Source: Chiloscyllium plagiosum
Lineage: Eukaryota
DNA length: 34,111 nucleotides
Assembly (NCBI RefSeq): GCF_004010195.1
Contig: NC_057719.1
Span: 15,058,969-15,093,079 of the forward strand
Reading direction: 5' to 3'
Both the position numbers and the translations under genes were made by a program. Below the pieces are notes generated by a model. The model was not told the DNA's origin and ran no database searches. It worked only from the letters and a program-made list of their open reading frames with translations. Each line of letters starts with the position of its first letter. Position 1 is the first letter of the stretch. Shown in pieces: positions 1 through 10,475 of the stretch.

Positions 1-1018
1 TAGAAGGAAAATATTCTGCCTGGAAGTCTGTGGTGAGTGGTGTCCCATAGGGCTCTGTCCTTCGGCCTCTACTGTTTGTAATCTTTATTATTGACTTGGA
101 TGAGGGAATTAAAAGGATGGGTCAACAAGTTTGCAGGCGACACAAAGGTTGGAGGTTGACTGTATAGAGGGCTGTTGTAGGCTGCAGCGGGACATTGACA
201 GGATGCAGAGATGGGCTGAGAGGTGGCAGATGGAGTTCAACCTGGATAAATGCGAGGTGATGCATTTTGGAAGGTCAAATTTGAAAGCTGGGTACAGGAT
301 TAAGGATAGGATTCTTGGCAGTGTGGAGGAACAGAGGGATCTTGGTGTGCAGGTACATAGATCCCTTAAAATGGCCACCCAAGTGGACAGGGTTGTTAAG
401 AAAGCATATGGTGTTTTGGCTTTCATTAACAGGGGGATTGAGTTTAAGAGTTGTGAGATCTTGTTGCAGCTCTATGAAACTTTGGTTAGACCGCACTTGG
501 AATACTGCGTCCAGTTTGGTCGCCCTATTATAGGAAAGATGTGGATGTTTTGGAGAGGGTTGAGAGGAGGTTTACCAGGATGCTGCCTGGACTGGAGGGC
601 TTATCTTATGAAGAGAGGTTGACTGAGCTCGGACTTTTTTCATTGGAGAAAAGGAGGAGGAGAGGGTATACCTAATTGAGGTATACAAGGTAATGAGAGG
701 CATAGATAGATTCGATAGCCAGAGACTATTTCCCAGGGCAGAAATGACTAACATGAGGGGTCATCGTTTTAAGCTGGTAGGAGGAAAGTATACAGTGGAT
801 GTCAGAGGCGGGTTCTTTACACAGAGAGTTGTGAGAGCATGGAATGCGTTGCCAGCAGCAGCTATGGAAGCAAGGTCATTGGGGACATTTAAGAGACTAC
901 TGGACATGCATATGGTCACTGAAATTTGAGGGTGCATACATGAGGATCAGTGGTCAGCACAACATTGTGGGCTGAAGGGCCTGTTCTGTGCTGTACTGTT
1001 CTATATTCTATGTTCTAT
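1..1018 (+). mobile_element. CR1-clade LINE, 3' part of ORF2 (RT C-terminal half) plus 3' UTR, frameshifted
   Basis: Translates to SKFAGDT (FADD-like), [39 protein letters not shown]...FFTQRVVRAWNALP. Stop at 929, then a (TTCTAT)n-like tail at ~998-1018. Confidence 0.95.
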
Positions 1019-1069
1019 ACCTTCCAACTCTTACAATTGTTCTGCTCTTGTTAATCTCACATCTGTTAC

Positions 1070-1400
1070 CTATACCTCTTGCTGCCTCAGTAAGGCAGCC
1101 AACATAGTCAAAGACCCCTCCCACCTCTGTTACAATCTCTTCCAACTTCTTCCATCCGGCAGAAGATACAAACGCTTGAACACATGTATCAGCAGACTCA
1201 AGAACAGCTTTTTCTCCACAGTTATTAGACTTCTGTCTAACTTCAAATTTAATGTTGATCTTGCTCTTTACTGCTGTAATTTTGTATCCCTCACTCTGTT
1301 CTATCACCCTATGCATTTTGTATAGTATAATCTGCTTGTACTACATGCAAAAGAAAACTTTTCACTGTACACAGGTATTTAAGAAATCAAATCAAGTCAA
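1070..1400 (+). mobile_element. Rex1/Babar-type non-LTR retrotransposon 3' end
   Basis: 1083-1235 reads CLSKAANIVKDPSHLCYNLFQLLPSGRRYKRLNTCISRLKNSFFSTVIRLL, the typical Rex1/Babar C-terminus. The 3' UTR ends in an AAATC-type repeat. Confidence 0.75.
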
Positions 1401-1404
1401 AACC

Positions 1405-2285
1405 AACCCCTATCAACCTTTCATCCCAAATTCTGTTCAAACAAGAATTTATCTATCTCTGCCCTAAATACCTTTCCAGGGCTCTGCATCCTCCACCTTT
1501 TTTTGGAGCAGAGACCCAAAGACATACCAACATAAGAATGAGGAGCAAGAGTCAGTCACTCAGCCTTTATAGCCCGCTCCAACATTCAGCAGAATTGTTG
1601 ATCTGATTGGAACCTCAACTTGACATTCCTGCATTCCTCCGATAATCTTTCTTCCCAAGAATCAAGAGTCTATCTATCTCTGCCTTAAAAATGTTTAAAG
1701 ATTCTTTATCCTCTGCCTTTTGAAGAAGGGAATTCCAAAAGGTCACAATCTTCCAAGATCTTTCTCCTTCTTATCTCTGTCTTAAATGGGCAACCCCTTA
1801 TTTTCAAACCATGAGCCCTAGTTCTGGACACTCCCACAAGAGGAAACAGTTTTCCCTATTCACCCAGTCAAATGCCATCAGGATCTCAGGACTTTCTGAA
1901 AGAAAATACTTTGCCTATTGACTGGTTTTAAATTAATGATAAATTATCTTTAAACCCCTATTTCTAAATTATCCTAAAAGAGGAGACATCCTCTCACATC
2001 CCCACATCAGGATTGAATGTTTTAATCCTCCTCTTAACTCCAGCAGCTACACTGATCTTTCCAAAACAAACAAACCAAAGAACTGTAGATGCTGGAAATT
2101 AGAAACAAAAACAGAAATTATTGGAAAAATTCAGCAGTTCTGGCAGCACGAGTGGAGAGAAAGCAGGGTTAATGTTTCAAATCCAGTGGTCTTTCTTCAG
2201 AACTAATCTGCCCAACCCTGTCTCATACGGAAACCTACACATCCCAGGTGTTGGTTTCGTAAACCTTCTCTGAACTGCTTCCACA
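1405..2285 (-). mobile_element. Cluster of degenerate CR1 3' fragments (probably two, one nested), interrupted by a PLE fragment
   Basis: Antisense CR1 3' UTR start (cataagaa...ggagcaagagt) at ~1531, plus cccctagttctggac-like and gtaaaccttctctgaactgcttcca segments matching the other antisense CR1 copies. Confidence 0.6.
2065..2201 (-). mobile_element. Penelope-like terminal fragment with decayed hammerhead motif
   Basis: Minus strand reads CTGAAGA...GAAACATT, followed by a ctgccagaactgctga...ccagcatctacagt tail related to the other PLE termini. Degenerate TSD actgatctttccaa (2051-2064) / actaatctgcccaa (2202-2215). Confidence 0.65.
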
Positions 2286-2674
2286 CACATAGGAAATTAT
2301 GTTTTCGACAGAACAAAGGAGGGGGAGGTGTTGCTGGTGGAACAATGATAAGAGAGCATTGCTATGGGGATGGAGGGTTGGGTAAGGCCTTCAAACAGGC
2401 TGGGGGAGGAGCAGCCACATGATTCCACTTCCTGCCCTCGGTGCACAGTTCAGTGTTGGGGCAAGAAGTTAGTGGGTTGGTACCTGGCTCATTTTCTGCA
2501 CCTTATCAAAACACATCCAATGAGGGTGCATTAAATTTTGTCCAATGTAAGTCATTTTATTATTTTACACGGATATCTTATAGGTTTGTATGCAACCCTG
2601 GCACTTGCCACGAGAATGGTGTATTCTAGTCAAAATGTCTTTCAAGTATCTTAGGATCTTCAATAATGTTAAAG

Positions 2675-3010
2675 AGACTACATCTGGTTAGCTCAGTTGG
2701 CTGGTTTGCACCACAGAGTGATGCCAACAACTTGGGTTCAGTTTCTATATCAGCTGAGATGACCATGAAGAACCCATCTCCTCAATCTCTCCTCTCACCT
2801 GTGATTGGCGACTCTCATTTAAACCAGTTGTCTTTTCTCTCTCTCTCTAATGAGTTTAAAGAAATCACACAAAGCACTGCTCCTTCATTGTACTTACAAA
2901 TAAACCTGTAGGACTATAACCTGGTGCTGTGCGATTTTTAACATCGGCTCCTCCGCATCATCCCTAATGAGAAAGCAGCCTATGGGTGGTTGGGCTGTTG
3001 TGATTTTATC
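2675..3010 (+). mobile_element. tRNA-derived SINE (non-HE1 family), split by an insertion
   Basis: A-box TAGCTCAGTTGG and B-box-like GGTTCAGTTTC near the 5' end, then a (CT)n stretch. The body resumes after the duplicated ctaatgag. Confidence 0.55.
2855..2963. mobile_element. Collapsed PLE-derived fold-back mini-insertion (same family as 7167-7674)
   Basis: Left part is the antisense terminus (aaatcacacaa...agcactgctccttcat) and right part the sense terminus (aataaacctgtaggactataacctggtg). Perfect 8-bp TSD ctaatgag at 2847-2854 and 2964-2971. Confidence 0.65.
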
Positions 3011-4683
3011 TTTATAAATGTAAATTATTTTTGCTATATTACCCTATGTGCATCTCTTTAAGCCAAGCCTGCAATAATCATTTATTAATTGGCATTTGTT
3101 GGTGTATCTTCTGAATGGCTTCCTCCATGCTTTCCTTGGACCACAATTTCAATCAACTGATGGACCTAGGGAAAGAGAAACAGATAACAGTCTGATTTTC
3201 TGGAAAGATTAATGCTGAGGTTATCTGCACTCACTGTTATTGTGAAATAAATCTGACAGCTTAATTATATCCACACATATGCAGCAAAAAAATGGAAATG
3301 AAAATATTCCTTCCAGAGATATCCACTCCTCCATTAGCTTCACTATTGTTCTACTTCGTCAAGAACTTCCACGTAAGGGTTTGAAGTTGTGTTATTGAAC
3401 ATGGCTAGAAGATGTTGGAGTATGTCTAAGCGTAAACAACTTTTAATGCTGAAACTAGTCTCAATTATTGTCAAAAACCTCACCAACTTTGAAAATTTAT
3501 TTTTAAATGCTTTGAGTCTCATTCCATTTGATACTACTTCAAAAGAAATAAGTATTAAAAATATTTTTATGTATCTATTATATTTCTATTTAATGTATCT
3601 TTCTTCCTGTTCTTTATTTCACATTATTTTACATTACATTAATATTAGAACTTAATTATAATCTGAACTAGACTGCAAATTTGCATATGAAGTCTAAAAT
3701 CTAATTGATACTTCTTTGTGTTTTAACGATATGTGGATGTTAGTAACAAGGTCAGTATTTATTACACGCTGTCATGATGACAGATCCAAACCTCAATGTA
3801 CTATAGACATTTTTTAAAGTGTGAAAACTAAAATCTGTTTTTTTTTTAAAGAGGACTGCTATAGACCAAAAAAAAAACTGTTGATAAAAATTCAGTGCAG
3901 TCTGGCAATGTCTTTATTACATTGGCAAAGTCTTGTGGGAGAATCATGAAATGTCACAATTGGAGGTGGACAGGGAATCTTCAAATCAAGAGGGAGAGAC
4001 ATAATTGGAAGAGATAAGGAAGGGACTAACAATCTCTTAGTGGAAAGCCACCTCTTGCAAACAATATTTTTTGTATTTCTTACCCTTCCAAGAATGTACT
4101 AAGTAAAGGGATGCAAAACCAACTGTAATGCTGGCCTCTGTGCATGAGTAGAACATGATGCCCCAGCCTAGGTTGAATGCCATTCTGCCATGAATGTCAC
4201 AGTCATTACATCATCTATCAAATCACACCTGCATTGGAATTTAAAAGATTCTTAAAGATTAAAGGGATATGACAGGAGAAAAGGCAACAGTCTGGGCGAA
4301 AGACATGTTTTGTAACTCACACTTTCACGAGTACACAAGAACCAGGTTTAAAAGCAATTTTGACCATTACATGTGTGTTGTAGCTTGGCTTCCTGTGCTG
4401 GTGGGCTCTGAAAGATCCAGTCAATGATCTATTTACGAGTCACCCCTGTACTGCCAGCCCAGTATTGTATCACTCTGTATGCGAGGAGCCAACTAGCCAG
4501 CAAGCCAGTCAAATGGAAACAAATCAAGAAGGGCTGACTTGGTCTGAGTGTTGAGCCAACCACCATAAAAGAGAAACAGTACAAAGGGACTTCAACGAAC
4601 CTGCAAATGTTAAGAATCACAAAATTGTCTGCTCAGCTATCAACACTCAGCCATCCACTCAGAGAGATTGACTCACACACCTT

Positions 4684-5953
4684 ATAGAGACATAGAGATG
4701 TACAGCACGGAAACAGACCATTTGGACCAAGCTGTCCATGCCGACCAGATATCCCAACCCAATCTAGTCTCATCTGCCAGCACCTGGCCCATATCCCTCC
4801 AAACTCTTCCCATTCACATACCCATCCAGATGCCTTTTAAATGTTGCAATTGTACCAGCCTCGATCACTTCCTCTAGCAGTTCATTCCATACACATACCA
4901 CCCTCTGCGTGAAAAAGTTGCCCCTTAGGTCTCTTTTATATCTTTCCCCACTCACCTTAAACCTATGCCCTCTAGTTCTGGACTCCCCCACCCCAAGAAA
5001 AAGACTTTGTCTATTTATCCTATCCATGCCCCTCATGATGTTATAAACCACTATNNNNNNNNNNNNNNNNNNNNNNNNNNNNNNNNNNNNNNNNNNNNNN
5101 NNNNNNNNNNNNNNNNNNNNNNNNNNNNNNNNNNNNNNNNNNNNNNNNNNNNNNNNNNNNNNNNNNNNNNNNNNNNNNNNNNNNNNNNNNNNNNNNNNNN
5201 NNNNNNNNNNNNNNNNNNNNNNNNNNNNNNNNNNNNNNNNNNNNNNNNNNNNNNNNNNNNNNNNNNNNNNNNNNNNNNNNNNNNNNNNNNNNNNNNNNNN
5301 NNNNNNNNNNNNNNNNNNNNNNNNNNNNNNNNNNNNNNNNNNNNNNNNNNNNNNNNNNNNNNNNNNNNNNNNNNNNNNNNNNNNNNNNNNNNNNNNNNNN
5401 NNNNNNNNNNNNNNNNNNNNNNNNNNNNNNNNNNNNNNNNNNNNNNNNNNNNNNNNNNNNNNNNNNNNNNNNNNNNNNNNNNNNNNNNNNNNNNNNNNNN
5501 NNNNNNNNNNNNNNNNNNNNGACCTTACCATTAAGTGTATAAATCCTGCTAAGATTTGCTTTCCCAAAATGCAGCACCTCAGATTTATCTGAATTAAACT
5601 CCAGCATCCACTTCTCAGCCCATTGGCCCATCTGATCAAGATCATGTTGTAATCTGAGGTAACCTTCTTCACTGTCCACTACACCTTCAATTTTGGTGTC
5701 ATCTACAAACTTACTAATTTTACCTCTTATGCTCACATCCAAATCATTTATATAAATGATGAAAAGTAGGGGACCCAATACCGACCCTTGTGGCACTCCA
5801 TTGGTCACAGACCTCCAGTTTGAAAAGCAACCCTCCACCACCACACTCTGTCTTCTACCTTTGAGCCAGTTCTGTATCCAAATGGCTAGTTCTCTCTGCA
5901 TTCCATTTGATCTAACCTTGCTAACCAGTCTCCCATGGGGAACCTTCTTCAAC
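4684..5953 (-). mobile_element. CR1-clade LINE, RT domain to 3' UTR, spanning the assembly gap
   Basis: KVPHGRLVSK...GVPQGSVLGPLLFIIYINDLD...ISKFVDDTK; after the gap RTRGHRFKV...FFTQRVVCVWNELL. Tail repeat at ~4684. Confidence 0.95.
5055..5520. other. Assembly gap (466 N)
   Basis: Run of N characters. Confidence 1.
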
Positions 5954-7218
5954 ATTTTAGTTTGGGCTCATTTCTTATTTCTAATCTGTGTATGTGTGTG
6001 TTGTATTGTTAATTAACTTTTTGTTTCATAACCAATAATTTCACTGTTTTATATTAACGAAAGAAAGCCTGGTTAAACTGGATAACTTTTGAAACATAAT
6101 TTCACGTGATCTAAGAGAAAGACACTGCCAAGGGAGCGATCCTTTCAAATTAATGTTGTTGCGACCAACTAAAGGGGCAAGATTTTCCTGTCGCATCTTA
6201 ACCAAACGAGCCTCATTAACTAGATTCTTTTTGGGTTGGAAGCTTCTAAATTAGAATTCTTTAAAGATATATTTTCAAATTCTTTTTAAAGAATCTTTCA
6301 TCTTAAGAGTAGCTTTTGAAGAAAGAACCGTCCCATTCAGACCAATCAGAATCCCTTAAAATTGGCAGTCCCACTTTTATGACATATTTTAGAAGAATTG
6401 CACAGCTTATTCCACTTTTAAAGTGCAAGTTTCAGTGTATGGGTCCCTTTTGAAGAGGGTCTCCATCCAGTATAAGACTGTTCAGGACATCCTGCATAGC
6501 CATTTCTCATCACCAAGGCCTTTTACAAATAAAAACATGTTGCATGTTTAATAATCCCTTTATAATTTAATTATTAATTATGGCCCAGTTGTTTTCAATG
6601 TGAGGACACACGTGCAATATTTATAACAGAAGTAGTCTTACATGTAACCTTCCACGCTTCTGTGTGGCCCTGCATCCATACAGCTTAGCAGCAACCTTGC
6701 GCATGTCAGGACATATTTGAGTGGAGTCAAACTGTGCAGCAAATAGCTTTGTAGTGAGTCACCAAGAACACCAAGTGAAATATTAATCCCCTAATCCAAA
6801 ATATCTACTTAGCAGGAATTAATTGAGAAATGTTGATGCCTTTACTGGGCCAGGAATCTAAATGTTGCACTTTTCAATTCAGTGAGAGAGATTTATGGCA
6901 AAGTGCTGTGATGACAATTTTGATTAGCTGACCTTTTGGTTTAATGGTAACTCACAAAAAAAATGTAGCATTTTAATGGTACAATAACTTTGTATTCTAA
7001 ACAAAGGAACACATGTAACATGAGAATTAGAGTTTGTACCGAGCAACTTAAGACATTTCACAATGACACAGTTGTCTGGGTCACTACACAAGGGTTGTAA
7101 TGAGATAAATAACTTGAGCAATGTTGCCACCACATTTTTCCCCTGCAAAGTACTGCAAAACATATAAAGTTAAAAATTTCACAACACCAGGTTATAGTCC
7201 AACAGGTTTATTTGGAAG

Positions 7219-7253
7219 CACTAGCTTTCGGAGCACTGCTCCTTCATCAGGTG
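7219..7253 (-). ncRNA. Minimal type I hammerhead ribozyme motif (PLE-associated)
   Basis: Minus strand: CAC-CTGATGA-A-GGAGC-AGT-GCTCC-GAAA-GC-TA-GTG. Intact core, 3-bp stem I, 5-bp stem II, palindromic AGCU stem III. Confidence 0.75.
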
Positions 7254-7354
7254 GTTGTGGAGTATAAGATCGTAAGACACAGAATTTATAGCAAAAGTTT
7301 ACAGTGTGATATTTTGCTACAAATTCTGTGTTTTATGATTTTATACTCCACAAC

Positions 7355-7389
7355 CACCTGATGAAGGAGCAGCACTCCGAAAGCTAGTG
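7355..7389 (+). ncRNA. Minimal type I hammerhead ribozyme motif (PLE-associated)
   Basis: CAC-CTGATGA(7358-7364)-A-GGAG-CAGCA-CTCC-GAAA(7379-7382)-GC-TA-GTG. Predicted CUA cleavage triplet ends at 7386. Confidence 0.75.
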
Positions 7390-7409
7390 CTTCCAAATAA
7401 GTCTATAAC

Positions 7410-7610
7410 TGTACTAGGAGAAAGTGAGGACTGCAGATGCTGGAGATCAGAGCTGAAAATGTGTTGCTGGAAAAGGGCAGCAGGTCAGGCAGCATCCAAG
7501 GAGCAGGAGAATTGACGTTTCCTGAAGAAGGGCTCATGCCCGAAACGTCAATTCTCCTGCTCCTTGGATGCTGCCTGACCTGCTGCGCTTTTTCAGCAAC
7601 ACATTTTCAG
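7410..7610. mobile_element. PLE-derived fold-back element (inner, second family) nested in the outer one
   Basis: 71-nt arms 7451-7521 and 7542-7612 with 2 mismatches and a 20-nt loop. 7-bp TSD ctataac at 7403-7409 and 7611-7617. Confidence 0.85.
7518..7553 (+). ncRNA. Minimal hammerhead core at the apex of the inner hairpin
   Basis: CTGAAGA(7522-7528)-A-GGGC-TCAT-GCCC-GAAA(7542-7545)-CG-TC. Core and stem II intact, stem I poor. Confidence 0.6.
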
Positions 7611-7711
7611 CTATAACCTAGTGTTGTGTGATTTTTAACTGTGTACACCCAAGTTCAATACTGGCATCTCCAAAGCAAAATGTATATTTATTTTAATTTA
7701 TTCACAGGATT

Positions 7712-8224
7712 GGAACATGGGAATTAGGAGTGGGAGTAGGCAATTCAGCACTTTGAGCCTGCTCCATGATTTAACATGATCATGGCTAATGTTAACCTGG
7801 TCTCAACACCACTTTCTTGCCTGTTCCTCAAAGTCCTTTATCCTATTTTCCATCAGTAACATATATTTTTTTCTTGAATCTGCTGATTGATTCTGCCTCC
7901 ACTCGGTCAGTGAGTTCCACAGATTCACAACCCTCTGATGAGAAGTACTTTCTCCTGATCTCAGCTTTGAATCCACCTCCTATCATTCCACATCTATGCC
8001 CTCTTGTTTGAGACTGCCCCGAAATGGAGGAACATCTGATCCATGTCCATCTTATCATTGCCTTCAGCATTTTATATACCTCAATCAGATTTCCCCTCAT
8101 CCTTCTGAATTCCAGTGAGTACAAGCCCAAGCTATTCACTCAGTCCTCAAACAACAGCCCTTTCCCTCTTGGAATCAATTTTGTGAACCTTCTCTGAACC
8201 GCCTCCAATGCCACTACATGCTTC
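7712..8224 (-). mobile_element. CR1-clade LINE 3' fragment
   Basis: LGLYSLEFRRMRGNLIEVYKMLK...QTRGHR...RRKYFS, with 3' UTR toward 7712. Confidence 0.85.
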
Positions 8225-9548
8225 CTAATGTGCATGCTTGCCTTCATTAGTCATAACATTGAGTATAGCAGATGGGATGTCATGACCATACAGGACATTG
8301 GTGAGATCACTTTTGGAATATTGCATACAATTCTGGTTACCCTTCTATAATGTTACAACATAGGATAAACTCTGCCCTGCTAATTTAAACCAGCAACACA
8401 GAAAAGATTTACCCCGTGCAGTAATCTGTAAAAATTTGAGAGGCAAAGAACTTCCCAAAAGTCAGTTTAAAGTAAAAATTAACAACTTTAATTTGTTTTA
8501 AAGTCTAACAGGGAATAATTAACTAACAACTATTTACAACTCATTTACCTAAACATAACTTTTATCTTCCTCTGTAGTCCGATAAAACCCCCAATTAAGA
8601 TTTACAGAAAAATTCAAATTTCAAAACCAGCCAGCAGTTGAATCTTCTTTTTATATTTTCCTCTGTAGATATGCTCTCCTGGTCGGTGTCGATGTTTTTT
8701 TCCTGTGCAAACTCCCTCTCGAAACAGATACTTCTCAGAGAGTTTTTACGAGCAGCCTACATCTGAAGGTCTTTTAGCAGTTCTCCTCCAATTGTTCAAT
8801 TTTTTTCAGTGCTATACCCCAAAGCATCAGATCATTTCATTGGTTTTAATATTATCAAAATACTAAATTCAAACTTGATTGGAGTTTGGTATCTTGGGGC
8901 ATAATTTAAACTGATTGGCCGAATTTGAATTTCTTTTTGTCTCATAACAACCCAGATACTGCTAGCAGCTGGATCAAATGTTATATTGTAAATTCTCCAG
9001 CACTCTGTGTGCTTGCTCAGTCCTTCAACTCTCTTAAAGGTATTGTACCCTTACACCTGCATAAAAATAGGAAGGATGTTGCTAAACTTGACAGGTTCAG
9101 AAAGTATTGACACAGATGTTTCCAGAGTTGGAAGGTTTGAGCTAATGGAAGACATTGAGTGGACTAGGGCTTTTTCTCCCTGGAGCATTAAAGGCTGACA
9201 GGTGACCTTCTAGAGGTTAATAAAATGGTGAGGAGTATGGATGCAATGAATATCCAAGGTTTTTTTCTCTAGGCTGGGGGGGGTCATAACGTAAAGGAGA
9301 GGGGAAGGATTTAAAAGGGACCAGAAAGTAACTTTTTCATGCAGAGAATGATGTGTGTATGGAATGACCTGCCAGAGGAAGTAATAGAGGCTGGTACAAT
9401 TACAACATTTAAAAGGCTTCTGAATGGATATATGAATATGGAGCATTTATAGGGAAATGGGGAAAATGCTGGAAAATGGGATGAGGTCAGATTAGGATGT
9501 CTGGTCAGCGTGGATGAGGTCTGTTTCCTTGCTGTGTGTTTCTATGAC
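8225..9548 (+). mobile_element. CR1-clade LINE 3' fragment interrupted by a 716-bp insertion
   Basis: MLAFIS...LVRSLLEYCIQFWLP before 8350 and RKDVAKLDR resuming at 9067. 3' UTR ends tttctatgact at ~9548. Confidence 0.85.
8351..9066. mobile_element. Probable solo LTR
   Basis: Non-coding insert splitting the CR1 at YRKD. Starts TGTTAC and ends ATAAAA (possibly decayed GTAACA). 4-bp flanks ATAA (8347-8350) / ATAG (9067-9070). Confidence 0.55.
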
Positions 9549-9551
9549 TAT

Positions 9552-10150
9552 ATAGAGTCATAGTCATAGAGATATACAGCATGGAAACAGACCCTTCGGT
9601 ATATAACTGATTGGTTATTCCAGATGTGGTCCACCAATGCTTTATATAACTGTAACAACACTTCTTTACTTTTATAATCCAATCCTTTTATAATAAATAC
9701 TAGGATTCCATTTGCCTTTCTTATTATATGCTGCACCTACCTACTCACTTTCTACAATTTATGCACAAAAATGCCCAGATCCCTCCGCACTGATGTACAT
9801 TGAATCTGCTTCCCATTCAAATAATAATTTGCCCTTTTGATTTTCTGATCCAAATGGACAACCTCACACTTATCCACAATAAACTCCATCTGCCTGATTC
9901 TGACCCATTCTCCTAGCCTATCCATATCCATCTGAAAGCTCTTTATCTCCTCATCACTGCCTGCTTTCCCACTTATTTTAGTATAATCCACAAACTTTGC
10001 TATGTTACATTCTATTCTTGCTTGCAGATCATTTATATAGATTATGAATAGTTGAAGTCTGAGAACTGAACCCTGTGGCACCCCACTAGTTACAGTTCAC
10101 CATGAGGAGAAGGACCTATTTATCTCAACAGTCTACTTTCTATCAGTCAG
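9552..10150 (-). mobile_element. CR1 RT fragment (9601-10150) abutting a short CR1 3' tail (9552-9600)
   Basis: PQGSVLRLQLFIIYINDL...IAKFVDYTKI...RDLGIFVH, then KANGILVFIIKGLDYKSKEVLLQLYKALV. Confidence 0.9.
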
Positions 10151-10151
10151 C

Positions 10152-10475
10152 CAATCCTCTATGGCCTTGCACCTACCTATCTCTTAATCTCCTCCAGACC
10201 AAGAATCCTCGGAGATATTTGCATGCCTATAATTGTTGCCTCTTGGGCATTCTCAAATTGAATCAATCCATTTGTGGAGACCGCATCATCAGTTGGACAG
10301 GTAGGAAATTTTGGAATGTTGTTCCAACAACTTTCTATCTCTCTGAATAAAACTCTGATCTTATATCTCTTAATGTGATTCAATGTCATGTCTTGTTTTG
10401 TAATAATGCTTTCATAACGCACCTTGGGATTTTTGTATTACATTAAGGGTGCTACATAAACATTAGTTGCTGTTA
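10152..10475 (+). mobile_element. L2-clade LINE 3' end
   Basis: LYGLAPTYL / NLLQTKNPRRYLH...GDRIISWTGRKFWNVVP resembles the L2 C-terminus (GLAPxYL...RAFSxxAPxLWNSLP). 3' UTR gcaccttggga...gtgctacataaa with a (TTG)-like tail. Confidence 0.7.

Larger units (their letters stand above)
7167..7674. mobile_element. PLE-derived fold-back element (outer), ~130-nt inverted arms, each carrying a hammerhead motif
   Basis: Left arm ~7167-7296, spacer 7297-7311, right arm from 7312 (interrupted at 7410-7610). TSD gcaaaacatata (7155-7166) / gcaaaatgtata (7675-7686). Confidence 0.85.

Noticed and set aside
5055..5520. Gap ~100 nt longer than the ~360 nt expected from the homologous CR1 segment at 314-675
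   Set aside because: Scaffold gap sizes are estimates, so this is no evidence of a hidden insertion.
4770..5955. Long ORFs of 189-304 aa in the ORF track
   Set aside because: Their length comes from reading through Ns. The real residues are CR1 ORF2 or its antisense.
5955..6215. Possible LTR 3' fragment next to the CR1
   Set aside because: No definable termini, TSD or second copy in the window.
6684..6753. AG...GTGAGT-bounded 70-nt candidate exon on the plus strand
   Set aside because: Stop codons in all three frames.
7167..7674. CRISPR array, terminator, miRNA or MITE interpretation of the palindromes
   Set aside because: Eukaryotic context, no repeat-spacer periodicity, and arms homologous to PLE 3' termini with variable-length TSDs.
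10177..10422. Minus-strand 81-aa ORF with splice-like ends as a host exon
   Set aside because: It is the antisense of an L2 3' end.
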